A stretch of 64,000 bases of DNA from positions 6,075 to 70,074 of the forward strand of contig CAMJOB010000002.1 of the NCBI GenBank assembly GCA_946407495.1, given 5' to 3'. The stretch comes from an uncultured Bacillota bacterium (GTDB lineage: Bacteria; Bacillota_I; Bacilli_A; RF39; UBA660). Every line of letters starts with the position of its first letter. Position 1 is the first letter of the stretch. Positions 9,741 through 19,564 of the stretch are shown here, piece by piece. The notes under the pieces are model-generated. The model was given only the letters and a program-made list of their open reading frames with translations. It did not search any database and was not told where the DNA came from. Made by a program: the position numbers and the translations under genes.

Positions 9741-11051
9741 TTATTTGTTTAATTCTTTTAAACGGTCCATAGTTCTACGCATTTCTAAGTCGTATTTAAC
9801 CATGTCTTTTCCACCAAATTCTTTTAAGAATTCTTCTTCAGTCATCTTGTATTGTTCTGCAAGTGCTTTTGATTCTTTATCAACTTCTTCATCAGTTACA
9901 ACAATCTTTTCAAGTTGAGTGATTTCTTCAAGCATTAAACGGTATAGAACATTGTGGTATCCTTCTTTTTCCATTTTGCTATGTAAATCTTCTGGTGTAG
10001 ATTGAGTGAATTGATAATATAGATCTAATGAGATTCCTTGCATCTTCATTTGATCTTCGAAACGATGAATTAAACGATGAGTTTCTTCTTCTACCATTTC
10101 TTCTGGAATATCTACTTCAACACTCTTAGCAACTTCTTCTAAGATTTTATCGATGTATTTATTTTCTACATCCATTTCTTTTTGTGCTTTAATAGATGCT
10201 TTAATTTCTTCTCTTAATTTTTCTTCAGAATCGATTCCTTCCATTCCTAAATCTTCGAAGAATTCTTCATCTAATTCACGTGTAACTTTTTGTTTAATTT
10301 CGTTTACTTTAACTTTGAACACTACTGGCTTACCAGCTAAATCAGCAACACCATAGTCTTCTGGGAAAGATACGTTTAAGTCTTTTTCATCTCCAACGTT
10401 CATTCCAATTACTTGTTCTTCAAATCCTGGAATAAATGTATTTGATCCGATTTCTAGTGAATAGTTTTCACCTTTTCCACCATCAAATGCTTTTCCATCT
10501 TTGAATCCTTCAAAGTCGATTACAGCGATATCACCATTTTCAACAGCACCTTTTTCTTTAATAGTTAATTCAGTGTATCTTTCTAATAAGTGACTCATTT
10601 CATGATTAATTTCTTCATCTGTAACTTCAACTTTTTCTGGTTGAATATTTAAACCTTCATATTTTTTAACTTTTACTTCTGGTTTTGTAATAATCTTAAA
10701 AATAAATTCAACATGATTGTCATTTAAACTTTTAATATTAACTTCTGGTTGAGCAACTGGAACTAATTTTGAATCTTCCATTGCTTTATTATAAGCTTCT
10801 TCCATAACATTTTCTGTAGCATCCATATATAGAGATTCTTTTCCGTAATGCTTTTCATAAATGTCTCTAGGAACTTTTCCTGTACGGAATCCATCAACTT
10901 TTGCAGTCTTTTGTTTTTTAGCAAAAGCTTTATCCATAGCTTTCTTCCAAGATTCTCCTTCAATTTTTACTACAACTTCATGTCTATTATTTTTCTTTTC
11001 TTCTTTTACTTCTTCTTTAACGTTTTCTTCTTTTTCTACTTTTTTTGCCAT
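9741..11051 (-). CDS. tig: Trigger factor
   Basis: 436 aa. DGFRTGKVPR ribosome-binding motif, central FKBP-like domain, position next to lon. Confidence 0.9.
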   Translation of the reverse strand: MAKKVEKEENVKEEVKEEKKNNRHEVVVKIEGESWKKAMDKAFAKKQKTAKVDGFRTGKVPRDIYEKHYGKESLYMDATENVMEEAYNKAMEDSKLVPVAQPEVNIKSLNDNHVEFIFKIITKPEVKVKKYEGLNIQPEKVEVTDEEINHEMSHLLERYTELTIKEKGAVENGDIAVIDFEGFKDGKAFDGGKGENYSLEIGSNTFIPGFEEQVIGMNVGDEKDLNVSFPEDYGVADLAGKPVVFKVKVNEIKQKVTRELDEEFFEDLGMEGIDSEEKLREEIKASIKAQKEMDVENKYIDKILEEVAKSVEVDIPEEMVEEETHRLIHRFEDQMKMQGISLDLYYQFTQSTPEDLHSKMEKEGYHNVLYRLMLEEITQLEKIVVTDEEVDKESKALAEQYKMTEEEFLKEFGGKDMVKYDLEMRRTMDRLKELNK

Positions 11052-11103
11052 ATTAAAACCTCCAACGTCTAATATTATATCGTATTTTATAAGTCATTAC
11101 AAC

Positions 11104-11127
11104 AGAAAAAAAGACTTTTACGTCTTT
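11104..11127 (-). terminator. Rho-independent terminator after aspS
   Basis: Minus strand AAAGAC-GTAAAA-GTCTTT followed by a T run, starting directly after the stop. Confidence 0.55.
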
Positions 11128-12870
11128 TTATCTTATCTTAATATGTACTTCTCTTAATTGTTGTTCTGTTACTTCTCCAGGGCATCCCATCATAGCATCA
11201 GAACCACCGGCAGTTAATGGGAAAGCTATAGTTTCACGAATAGATTCTTCATCTAATAATAACATTAACATACGGTCAATTCCAGGAGCCATACCAGCGT
11301 GTGGTGGTGCTCCATAAGAGAATGCTTCATATAAAGCTTTAAATCTTGTTTCTAATTCATCTTCAGTATATCCTGCAATTTCAAATGCTTTTCTCATAAC
11401 ATCTAAGTCATGGTTACGAACAGCACCACTTGCCATTTCAATTCCGTTACATACGAAGTCAAATTGGTAAGCTAAGATATCTTCAGGTGCTTTAGTAGTT
11501 AAGGCATCCATACCACCTTGTGGCATTGAGAATGGGTTGTGTGTAAAGATAAATTTGTCTTCTTCTTCACTCCATTCATACATTGGAAAGTCTTTAACAA
11601 TACAGAACTTAAATTCATCTTTATCGATTAATTCAAGTTTTCTTCCTAATTCATCACGAATTTGTCCAGCTAATTTAGGAGCGTTACTACGATCTGCGAT
11701 AAAGAAGATTACACTATTTGGTTTTAATTTAGCTGTACTAATTAAATCTTCTCTTTCATCTTCTGTTAAGAACTTATCAATTGGTCCTACAAAAGACATA
11801 TCATCTAATACTTTAAAGTATCCAATACCAGCACTCATACCAATACTTTTAGCATAGTCACCTAATTCGTTAAACCATGAGTTTGATTTATCAGCGATAT
11901 CTTCTACTACGATTGCTTTAACTGTAACTCCTCTAAATGGACGGAATGTTGTACTTTCAAATACATCAGTAATATCAATAATCTCTAATGGGTTTCTTAG
12001 GTCTGGTTTATCAGTACCATATTTATCCATTGATTCTTTAAATGTTAATCTTGTGAATGGTTCTTTACTTAATTTCTTAGTTGGAGCAAATTCTTCAAAT
12101 GTTCTTCTAAATACATCTTCTCCAATTTCTAAAATATCTTCTTCTTCAGCAAAAGCCATTTCAAAGTCTAATTGGTAGAATTCTCCATATACTCTATCAC
12201 TTCTTGCATCTTCATCACGGAAGCATGGAGCTATTTGGAAATATTTATCAAAACCACCGCACATTAATAATTGTTTAAATTGTTGTGGTGCTTGTGGTAA
12301 AGCATAGAACTTACCATGAAATTTACGGGAAGGAACAATAAAGTCTCTTGCTCCTTCTGGAGATGATGCAGTAAGAATTGGTGTTTGAATTTCTAAGAAG
12401 TCTTTTTCAGTCATTACTTTTCTTAAGAAACTAATAACTTTAGTTCTAAATATAATATTTTCTTTTACTTTAGGGTTTCTTAAATCTAGATAACGATATT
12501 TAAGTCTTACATCTTCACTACTATCTTTTGAAGTCATTACTTCAAATGGTAATACGTTTCTTGATTTACCTAATACTTCTAAATCACTTACTAGTAATTC
12601 AATAGTACCTGTACTTATTCTATCGTTGTAGTCGTCTTCATCTCTTTTACGAATTTTACCAGAAATAGTAATACTTGATTCTCTTGTAATTCCATCAAAG
12701 ATTGAGTCATCGTTACTAACTACTTGGATAGTACCAGAGGAGTCTCTTACGTCTACGAAGATAACTCCACCATGGTCTCTAATATTTTCTACAAAACCTG
12801 CTACTCTTACGTCTTCACCGACAACAGATTCTGTTAAATCTTTACAATAATGGGTTCTATATTTTGTCAT
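11128..12870 (-). CDS. aspS: Aspartyl-tRNA synthetase (bacterial type; context suggests non-discriminating)
   Basis: 580 aa. Class II motifs FRDED and GMAPGIDRMLMLL. Its start overlaps the gatB stop. Confidence 0.9.
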   Translation of the reverse strand: MTKYRTHYCKDLTESVVGEDVRVAGFVENIRDHGGVIFVDVRDSSGTIQVVSNDDSIFDGITRESSITISGKIRKRDEDDYNDRISTGTIELLVSDLEVLGKSRNVLPFEVMTSKDSSEDVRLKYRYLDLRNPKVKENIIFRTKVISFLRKVMTEKDFLEIQTPILTASSPEGARDFIVPSRKFHGKFYALPQAPQQFKQLLMCGGFDKYFQIAPCFRDEDARSDRVYGEFYQLDFEMAFAEEEDILEIGEDVFRRTFEEFAPTKKLSKEPFTRLTFKESMDKYGTDKPDLRNPLEIIDITDVFESTTFRPFRGVTVKAIVVEDIADKSNSWFNELGDYAKSIGMSAGIGYFKVLDDMSFVGPIDKFLTEDEREDLISTAKLKPNSVIFFIADRSNAPKLAGQIRDELGRKLELIDKDEFKFCIVKDFPMYEWSEEEDKFIFTHNPFSMPQGGMDALTTKAPEDILAYQFDFVCNGIEMASGAVRNHDLDVMRKAFEIAGYTEDELETRFKALYEAFSYGAPPHAGMAPGIDRMLMLLLDEESIRETIAFPLTAGGSDAMMGCPGEVTEQQLREVHIKIR

Positions 12871-14300
12871 TATTTTTTTCTCCTCTCTAATTCTTTAATA
12901 ATAATATCTTTTGATTTATTTGGGTTAGCTTGTCTATTAGACTTCTTCATTGTTTGACCGATAAAGAAGTTGATTGCTCCCATGTTTCCATCTTCGACAT
13001 ATTGTCTTACGATTTCTTTGTTTTCTTCCATAATTCCAGTAATTAATTCTAATAATTCAGATTCATCATCTATTTGATGTAAGTTTTGTTTTTCAATTAA
13101 TTCTACTGGATCTTTCTTTTCTTCAATTGCTTGATATAAGATTTTTCTAGCATGGTCTAAACTTATCTTTCCTTCATGTACTAATTTAATTACTCCACTT
13201 AACATCTTAGGTGTAATTGGGAATTCTTCTAGAGTTATTTCTAATTTATTTAGAGTACCTAATACTGTTGATGTTACAAAGTTAACTGCTAGAGAAATAT
13301 CAGTATCATAACTTAGTACTTCTTCAAAGTAATCTGAAATACTTCTTTCTTTTGATAGAACACCTGCATCGTATTCACTCATTTTATATTCTTCAATATA
13401 TTTTAAATAACGATCTAATTTTAATTCAGGTAGTTCTTGTTTTAATTCATAAATGAAATCATCTGTAATTGGAGTTGATGGGATGTTTGGTTCTATGAAG
13501 TATTTATAATCTAGAGCATCTACTTTTTCTCTCATTGAGTAAGTTTTTCCATCTAATCCAATACGTCTTGTTTCTTGAATTACTTTTTCTCCTTTAGATA
13601 ATAATTCACTTTGTCTTTCTATTTCATATTCGATAGCGGCTCTGATACTTTGAGTAGCGTTGATGTTCTTCATCTCTACTTTAGTACCTAATTCTTTAGC
13701 TCCTTCTTCCATAAGTGAAATGTTTACGTCACATCTCATTTGTCCATAGTTTGACTTAGCTTCACTTACTCCTAAGAATAAGAATACATCTCTTAAATCT
13801 TCGAAGAATGTTACTGCTTCATCTGCACTTGATAAGCAAGGTTCTGTAACTATTTCAATTAATGGTACTCCACTACGGTTATAGTCGATTAATGAATATT
13901 TTGGAAAGTGTTCTAGAGAAGCTGTATCTTCTTCTAGATGTAGGTCATGGATATCTACTCTTTTTACATGACCATCTACCATAATATCTAAGTATCCATC
14001 AATACCCATTGGTTTAGTATTTTGAGTTATTTGATATCCTTTAGGTAAGTCTGCATAGAAGTAGTTTTTACGATCAAAGATTACTTCATCTGGAGTTTTA
14101 CAATGTAGAGCCATAGCAGTTAGTAATGCTTTTCTACAAGCTTCTTTGTTGGCTACTGGTAAGATTCCAGGTAATCCTAAATCTACAGTTGCAACGTGTT
14201 CGTTTGGATAATCGGAGAACTCGTTTGGTGCAGAAGAGAAGTTTTTAGTTTTAGTTGTTAATTCACAGTGAACTTCTAGTCCGATTACTACTTTATACAT
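12870..14300 (-). CDS. gatB: Asp/Glu-tRNA amidotransferase subunit B
   Basis: 476 aa. N-terminal YKVVIGLEVHCEL is typical of GatB. Overlaps the gatA stop. Confidence 0.9.
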   Translation of the reverse strand: MYKVVIGLEVHCELTTKTKNFSSAPNEFSDYPNEHVATVDLGLPGILPVANKEACRKALLTAMALHCKTPDEVIFDRKNYFYADLPKGYQITQNTKPMGIDGYLDIMVDGHVKRVDIHDLHLEEDTASLEHFPKYSLIDYNRSGVPLIEIVTEPCLSSADEAVTFFEDLRDVFLFLGVSEAKSNYGQMRCDVNISLMEEGAKELGTKVEMKNINATQSIRAAIEYEIERQSELLSKGEKVIQETRRIGLDGKTYSMREKVDALDYKYFIEPNIPSTPITDDFIYELKQELPELKLDRYLKYIEEYKMSEYDAGVLSKERSISDYFEEVLSYDTDISLAVNFVTSTVLGTLNKLEITLEEFPITPKMLSGVIKLVHEGKISLDHARKILYQAIEEKKDPVELIEKQNLHQIDDESELLELITGIMEENKEIVRQYVEDGNMGAINFFIGQTMKKSNRQANPNKSKDIIIKELERRKK

Positions 14301-15765
14301 CTATATCACCTACCTTACAATATTGGTCTTTAAGACCTGTTACACTTTCAATTTTATGTGCCATATTTAAGACTAAATCGTCTTCTTTAATTCTTCCTGT
14401 AATGTTTACTCCAATTGGCATATCTTTAACAAATCCATATGGAAGTGTTATTGATGGGAAACCACCAAAGTTTCCGATTGCTAAATGGTTTTCTAAGATT
14501 AAATATCTTGGAGATAATTTTTCTACTTTTTCACTTGTTGCAGTAAACTCAGGAGCAATACCTCCAGATGCTGGTAAAATCATTCCATCATATTCTTTAA
14601 AGAATTCAGTTATTTTATCAACTATCATTCTTCTTACTCTTCCAGCATTCTTAAACAGCTTCTCTTGGTTTTCTTTTTGTAATATATAACTTCCTAAAAT
14701 AAATCTTCTTTTTATTAATTCAGAGAATCCTTTAGTTCTAGCATCAAACATTATTTGTTCAATACTATCTCCTTCTCCTCTAGGTCCAAACTGAATACCA
14801 GTTAAATTTGCGTTGTTTGAAGTTGCTTCTGCACAACTTATACACATATATGTAGGATAAATTGCTTCTAGTAATTTTTGATCCATTGATACTTCTTCTA
14901 CAACAAATCCTAAATCTCTACATTTTTGTACTAGTTCTTGGAATTGATCTAATACACTTTCTAATTCTTCATCTAAGTAATCTTTATAGAATTCTTTACT
15001 ACAGATTTCTTTGATATAGAATAATTTTTTACCTTTAATATCTTCGTCTAATGTATCAGCATATTTTTTACCATCATCTTTTAAAGTAACCATATCCATT
15101 GGATCTTGTCCTTTAATAATATCTGTTACAATGGCTGCATCTTTAACGTTTCTTGTGAACAAAGCAACGTGATCTAAGCTAGATGCGAATGCGAATAATC
15201 CATAACGAGATATTCTTCCATATGTTGGTTTGAATCCAACTACTCCACCAAATGCGGCAGGTTTACGAACAGAGTCACCAGTGTCAGATCCGATAGAAAA
15301 AGGTACAATTCCTAGGGATACTGCTGCTGCTGAACCTGCTGATGAGCCACCGATCATTCTTGTTTTGTCCCATGGGTTCTTTACTACTCCAGTGTGACCT
15401 GTAGTACCAGTTCCTCCCATTGCTAATTCATCTAATACAGTTTTACCAACTAATACTGCTCCAGCATTTTTTAATTTCTTATATACTGTCGCATCATATA
15501 CTGGGATATAATCTTTTAATATATTTGAAGAACCTGTAGTTAAAATTCCACTTGTTGAGAAGTTATCTTTTAAAGCATATGGAATTCCACTTACTAAACT
15601 TTCTCTTTCCTTAAATTTTGGTTTATCGATGATAGTTACAAATGAATTGTAATCTTCTTGAAATGAGTGTGCTAATGTATTAGCGTGTGAGAATAATTCT
15701 TCTTTAGTTATACTACCTTTATCTAATTCTTCTCTTAATTCTGTAATTGATTTACCACGATACAT
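14293..15765 (-). CDS. gatA: Asp/Glu-tRNA amidotransferase subunit A
   Basis: Amidase signature GGSSAGSAAAVS. I prefer ATG 15765 (MYRGKSITELREEL, AGGTGA RBS 8 nt upstream) to the track's GTG at 15777. Confidence 0.9.
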   Translation of the reverse strand: MYRGKSITELREELDKGSITKEELFSHANTLAHSFQEDYNSFVTIIDKPKFKERESLVSGIPYALKDNFSTSGILTTGSSNILKDYIPVYDATVYKKLKNAGAVLVGKTVLDELAMGGTGTTGHTGVVKNPWDKTRMIGGSSAGSAAAVSLGIVPFSIGSDTGDSVRKPAAFGGVVGFKPTYGRISRYGLFAFASSLDHVALFTRNVKDAAIVTDIIKGQDPMDMVTLKDDGKKYADTLDEDIKGKKLFYIKEICSKEFYKDYLDEELESVLDQFQELVQKCRDLGFVVEEVSMDQKLLEAIYPTYMCISCAEATSNNANLTGIQFGPRGEGDSIEQIMFDARTKGFSELIKRRFILGSYILQKENQEKLFKNAGRVRRMIVDKITEFFKEYDGMILPASGGIAPEFTATSEKVEKLSPRYLILENHLAIGNFGGFPSITLPYGFVKDMPIGVNITGRIKEDDLVLNMAHKIESVTGLKDQYCKVGDIDV

Positions 15766-15766
15766 A

Positions 15767-16069
15767 TTATTCTTCACCTTCTTCTACTACTCTTGGTACT
15801 TTAACTTGATCAGATACTTGATGTTTTGCATTGGCAAGTACTTCTCCGACAGTTAAGTAATCTCCAACTTCATCTTCTCTTAAACTAACATCAGTATTTT
15901 TGAATGGGAAAGTCATTGGTTCAACTCCATCAATTCCATCGATTTGTCCAATTAAATCCATTTGTTTTAATAATGTATCAAACTCTTCTTGTAGAGTTGT
16001 ATATTCTTCCTCATCCATATCAAACATTAATAATCCAGCATATTTTTTAAGTTTTTCTTTTTCTATCAT
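15767..16069 (-). CDS. gatC: Asp/Glu-tRNA amidotransferase subunit C
   Basis: True start is ATG 16069 (MIEKEKLKKYAGLL, AGGAGGA RBS). The track's longer ORF to 16216 reads through the T-box leader. Confidence 0.8.
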   Translation of the reverse strand: MIEKEKLKKYAGLLMFDMDEEEYTTLQEEFDTLLKQMDLIGQIDGIDGVEPMTFPFKNTDVSLREDEVGDYLTVGEVLANAKHQVSDQVKVPRVVEEGEE

Positions 16070-16090
16070 AATGATCCTCCTTTTGTATAA

Positions 16091-16345
16091 ACAAAAAACA
16101 CTAGTATTCATCCACAAGGGACGAAAACTAGTGTTCCGCGGTACCACCCTAATTATTATAGATTTCTCTATAATCTCTTTGGTTCTAACAAACCTAGCAC
16201 TTTTAACGGTGTGCACCCGACTTATTCTACTTTATTCTTTAAGTACTCAGAAGTGTTATTCAAAATAAGGCTTTATCGAGGTCCCACCATATCCTCAACT
16301 CTCTTGAAACGTTGCTTATTTTTACTTGTCTTCCTCAGCGATTTC
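16091..16345 (-). promoter_or_regulatory. T-box riboswitch leader with probable Asn (AAC) specifier, controlling gatCAB-aspS
   Basis: Minus strand shows the stem I GA motif and AGTA (TGAGGAAGACAAGTA), the AGAGAG bulge and a GGTGGGA distal loop. The specifier loop reads GAAUAACA, closed by CUUC pairing with GAAG, with the AAC codon at 16257-16255. The T-box AATTAGGGTGGTACCGCG lies at 16154-16137. A terminator hairpin AACACTAGT...ACTAGTGTT plus T run lies at 16136-16091. Confidence 0.8.
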
Positions 16346-16351
16346 TATTTC

Positions 16352-16380
16352 ATTTTATAAAATATATGATTTCTTGTCAA
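16352..16380 (-). promoter_or_regulatory. Sigma-A promoter of the T-box/gatCAB-aspS operon
   Basis: Minus strand TTGACA (16380-16375), 17 nt, TAAAAT (16357-16352). Confidence 0.6.
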
Positions 16381-16469
16381 ATATTTTTACACTATTTTTT
16401 TAAGAATCTGTTTAATTAACACACTCTTTCCTCAATAGTTGTTGCTAATTATAGCATAAAATAACTTTT

Positions 16470-16500
16470 TTGTCAATTTTTGGGGTTATTGTGATAAAAT
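16470..16500 (+). promoter_or_regulatory. Candidate promoter of trpS
   Basis: TTGTCA at 16470-16475, 17-nt spacer, TG-extended GATAAA/TAAAAT at 16491-16500. No T-box elements seen upstream of trpS. Confidence 0.35.
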
Positions 16501-16519
16501 AGTTCCGTAAGGAGGAATT

Positions 16520-17527
16520 ATGAAAAAGACAATTTTAACCGGGCTTCGACCTACTGGAAATCTTCATTTAGGACATTATTTTGGAGCTGGCCAAAATTGG
16601 TTAAAGCTTCAAGATGACTTTGATTTTTATCTAGAAATAGCAGATGTACAAGCTTTAACAGATAATTTTAATAATCCTGAAAAAGTTAGATTAAATGTTT
16701 ATGAGGTAGCAAAAGATTTATTAGCTATGGGAATTAATCCAGAGAAAGTACATTTATTTGTACAATCTAAAATTCCTGAAATTGCTGAACTTACAGTATT
16801 CTATTCTAATTTAGTTACAATAGCTAGATTACATCGTAACCCTACTGTTAAAACAGAGATTTCTCAAAAGAAAGCATTATTTGGTAACGATGGTGAAAGT
16901 ATTACATACGGTTTCTTAGGATACCCTGTAAGTCAAGCTGCTGATATTACGGCATTCGATGGTGATTTAGTTCCTGTTGGTGATGATCAATTACCACTTC
17001 TAGAACAATGCCGTGAAATAGTTCGTAAGTTTAATTCAATTTATGGGGAAACATTAAAAGAGCCAGAACAATATCTTAGTAACACTTCTCGTGTTAAAGG
17101 ATTAGATGGTAATGATAAGATGGGTAAATCTTTAGGTAATGCAATTTACTTAGTTGATGATGAAGAAACTATTAGTAAAAAAGTTATGAGTGCAGTTACT
17201 GATACTAATAAGATTAAAAAAGATGATCCTGCTAATCCAGATGTATGTATGGTTTACTACTATCATAAACTAGTAAATAAAGATGAAGATCAATTAAATA
17301 ATATTTGTAGTGAATGTAAGAAGGGTGCAAGAGGATGTGTTCAATGTAAGAAAGAATTAATTCAAGCAATGAACAATTTCTTAAAACCTATTCAAGATAA
17401 ACGTAAATACTATGAAGAAAATCCAGAAGAAGTTCAAAAGATTTTAGACAAAGGTACAAAAGAAGCTAGAGAAAAAGCTATTGTACAAATGGATAAAGTT
17501 CGTAAAGCAATGAAAATAGACTACTAA
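16520..17527 (+). CDS. trpS: Tryptophanyl-tRNA synthetase
   Basis: 335 aa. HIGH-type TGNLHLGH and KMSKS-type KMGKS motifs. Confidence 0.95.
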   Translation: MKKTILTGLRPTGNLHLGHYFGAGQNWLKLQDDFDFYLEIADVQALTDNFNNPEKVRLNVYEVAKDLLAMGINPEKVHLFVQSKIPEIAELTVFYSNLVTIARLHRNPTVKTEISQKKALFGNDGESITYGFLGYPVSQAADITAFDGDLVPVGDDQLPLLEQCREIVRKFNSIYGETLKEPEQYLSNTSRVKGLDGNDKMGKSLGNAIYLVDDEETISKKVMSAVTDTNKIKKDDPANPDVCMVYYYHKLVNKDEDQLNNICSECKKGARGCVQCKKELIQAMNNFLKPIQDKRKYYEENPEEVQKILDKGTKEAREKAIVQMDKVRKAMKIDY

Positions 17528-17542
17528 TTAGTAGTCTATTTT
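17513..17542. terminator. Perfect 30-nt palindrome spanning both stop codons of convergent trpS and rmuC (candidate bidirectional terminator)
   Basis: AAAATAGACTACTAA|TTAGTAGTCTATTTT is an exact reverse complement centred at 17527/17528. A T run follows on the plus strand. Confidence 0.55.
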
Positions 17543-18604
17543 TTCTTCTTCTATTTGATTAATGTCTGCTTTATTAATTGATTCAAAGCGTTTAGATATC
17601 TTATCTGTTGTGATAGAAACATTTTCAACATCTTTATTAACTGCTTGAATAGATCTTGATAATTTATCCCAACGTTCTTTATATCTTGCAAATTCTAAAC
17701 CTAATTTATTTAATTCATCATGGATAATAGATGCATATTTATCTCTTTCCATATTTTTAATAATCATTTCAATTACTGTTAATGTAGAAATAAGAGTTGT
17801 TGGTGAAGTAATCCAAACTCTTTTTTTGTATGCATAATTAATAATATCTGGATGGTATGCATTTACTTCAGCAAATATTGCTTCTGCTGGTAAGAAGAGA
17901 ATTGCTTGATCAGTTGTTTCTCCTGGAATTATATATTTACTACTTATCGCATCAATATGTTTTTTCATATCGGCTTTAAATAGTTTTTCATAATTATCTC
18001 TTTCTCCTGGAGTTAGCTTTTTATCTACCATCATCTCATAGTGTTCTAATGGGAATTTGGAGTCAATAGCGATTGTTCCAAGAGGTTCTGGAGCAAATAC
18101 TACTGAGTCGGCAATAACACCTGTGGATAGCGTATATTGTAGTCTATAGATATCATCATTTTTTTCTCCAAAGACATTAGATAAGATATGAGCTAGATTT
18201 ACTTCTCCAAAGATTCCTCTAGTCTTCTTATCAGTTAAGATACTTTGTAGACCTACAATATCAGTAGATAGATTTTCAATTTTCTTTTGTGCCTCATCTA
18301 TCTTAGATAATCTTTCAATAACATTCATAAATGTTTTATTAGTCTTCTCAAAGTTTTGGTCTAGTCGTTCATTTACTTTTTCATTTATCGCAAGTAATCT
18401 TCTTTCTACTTGTTCATTTAAACCAATAAAATCTTTATTAAGTGATTCTTTTAAATCATTTCTGAAATCTCCCATTTCTTTCATCATAGATAATTCTAGT
18501 TTACCTAAACGTTCTGTAATATTACTTTCATTTACTTTTTGTGATAATAAGAACGCTAGTAATATAATTACAACAATTAATAATCCAATAATAATATATT
18601 CCAT
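17528..18604 (-). CDS. rmuC: DNA recombination protein RmuC
   Basis: 358 aa. N-terminal TM, long coiled coil and a C-terminal nuclease-like domain with the RmuC-typical layout. Confidence 0.8.
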   Translation of the reverse strand: MEYIIIGLLIVVIILLAFLLSQKVNESNITERLGKLELSMMKEMGDFRNDLKESLNKDFIGLNEQVERRLLAINEKVNERLDQNFEKTNKTFMNVIERLSKIDEAQKKIENLSTDIVGLQSILTDKKTRGIFGEVNLAHILSNVFGEKNDDIYRLQYTLSTGVIADSVVFAPEPLGTIAIDSKFPLEHYEMMVDKKLTPGERDNYEKLFKADMKKHIDAISSKYIIPGETTDQAILFLPAEAIFAEVNAYHPDIINYAYKKRVWITSPTTLISTLTVIEMIIKNMERDKYASIIHDELNKLGLEFARYKERWDKLSRSIQAVNKDVENVSITTDKISKRFESINKADINQIEEEKIDY

Positions 18605-18612
18605 AGTTCCTC

Positions 18613-19188
18613 CTATTCGATGTTCATTTTCTTACTTACTATTTTACTAATGATATAGGCAATTATAAGTGATATTGATAAGTATAAAATTGCCTTTGGA
18701 TCAGCAATACTTTCAATAAAACTTTTTCCTACATAACCCCAAAATGTAATTGTAAATATTTTTCCTATTAACAAACTAGCAATAAATTTCCTTCTAGATA
18801 TCTTAGTTAATCCAGCAAGGATATTTATTAAGAATGCTGGAGTAAAAGGTAGTGCAATTAATAATACTAAACCTGGAAAAGATATCATATGAAATGTTTT
18901 ACTAGCCTCTTCTATTTGTTTTTTCTTTTTACCTTTTAGTTTCTTTTCTATTTTTTCAGATAAATAATAGAATAATAAATATGATAGAATACATCCAACT
19001 ATAGTAGCAGTCCACGATAATATTATTCCATATATTAGTCCAAAAGCTTTACAATTTAGAGCTACATATAAACCTAGTGGTAATGGTGGAATAAATGATT
19101 CTAATACTATGATTAAAAATCCTAGTAATGGTCCACCAGTATTTAATAAATTAACAATTTTTTCTATAAATTCACTAATTTGTACCAC
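18613..19188 (-). CDS. DedA/TVP38-TMEM64 family membrane protein
   Basis: 191 aa, polytopic. Pro/Gly-containing re-entrant-like segments (ESFIPPLPLG, LPFTPAFLINILAG). Confidence 0.6.
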   Translation of the reverse strand: MVQISEFIEKIVNLLNTGGPLLGFLIIVLESFIPPLPLGLYVALNCKAFGLIYGIILSWTATIVGCILSYLLFYYLSEKIEKKLKGKKKKQIEEASKTFHMISFPGLVLLIALPFTPAFLINILAGLTKISRRKFIASLLIGKIFTITFWGYVGKSFIESIADPKAILYLSISLIIAYIISKIVSKKMNIE

Positions 19189-19218
19189 ATTATCATCCTC
19201 TACTACATTATAGCATAT

Positions 19219-19509
19219 TTATTTCCATTGGACGTAATTGTTGTAGCCTCCGATTACGTCAAAAGTATGATATCCCCTTTTATTTAGAATGTTTACTAAC
19301 TGTTTACTAGTTCTTCCAGTTTGACAGTAAATATAGTAAATTTCTTTTGGTTTTAGATATTTTTCTGGTGCCGACAATAGTGTTTTTGCAGGTATATTTA
19401 TTGCATTAACTATATGTCCTCTTTGGTATGATAAGTAGTCTCTTATATCAATAATATTTATTGTATGATATCTATTTTTTTCCATTAATTCTTTTATATT
19501 TATTTGCAT
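19219..19509 (-). CDS. Single-domain rhodanese sulfurtransferase
   Basis: 96 aa. Active-site loop YCQTGRTS (CxxGxR[ST]). Confidence 0.8.
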   Translation of the reverse strand: MQINIKELMEKNRYHTINIIDIRDYLSYQRGHIVNAINIPAKTLLSAPEKYLKPKEIYYIYCQTGRTSKQLVNILNKRGYHTFDVIGGYNNYVQWK

Positions 19510-19534
19510 ATATTCACCTCATGGTAATTTATGC

Positions 19535-19561
19535 AAAAAAAAGAATCTATCTTATGATAGA
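19535..19561 (-). terminator. Rho-independent terminator closing the 32-kb locus
   Basis: Minus strand TCTATC-ATAA-GATAGA followed by TTC and a run of 8 T, 4 nt after the stop of the 423-aa gene. Confidence 0.6.
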
Positions 19562-19564
19562 CTC

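Noticed and set aside
15767-16216. The ORF-track version of gatC, with a 49-aa N-terminal extension (MHTVKSARFVRTKEII...).
   Set aside because: The extension is a read-through of the T-box leader, including its terminator hairpin. An AGGAGGA RBS precedes the internal ATG at 16069, which gives a normal ~100-aa GatC.
19532-19544. Possible att-like direct repeat: TGC-A8-GA at 19532-19544 versus TGC-A9-GA at 51897-51910, at the two edges of the 32-kb locus.
   Set aside because: Both copies are simply the T tracts of rho-independent terminators read on the opposite strand. They differ by one A and are low-complexity sequence in an AT-rich genome, so they are not convincing evidence of site-specific integration.
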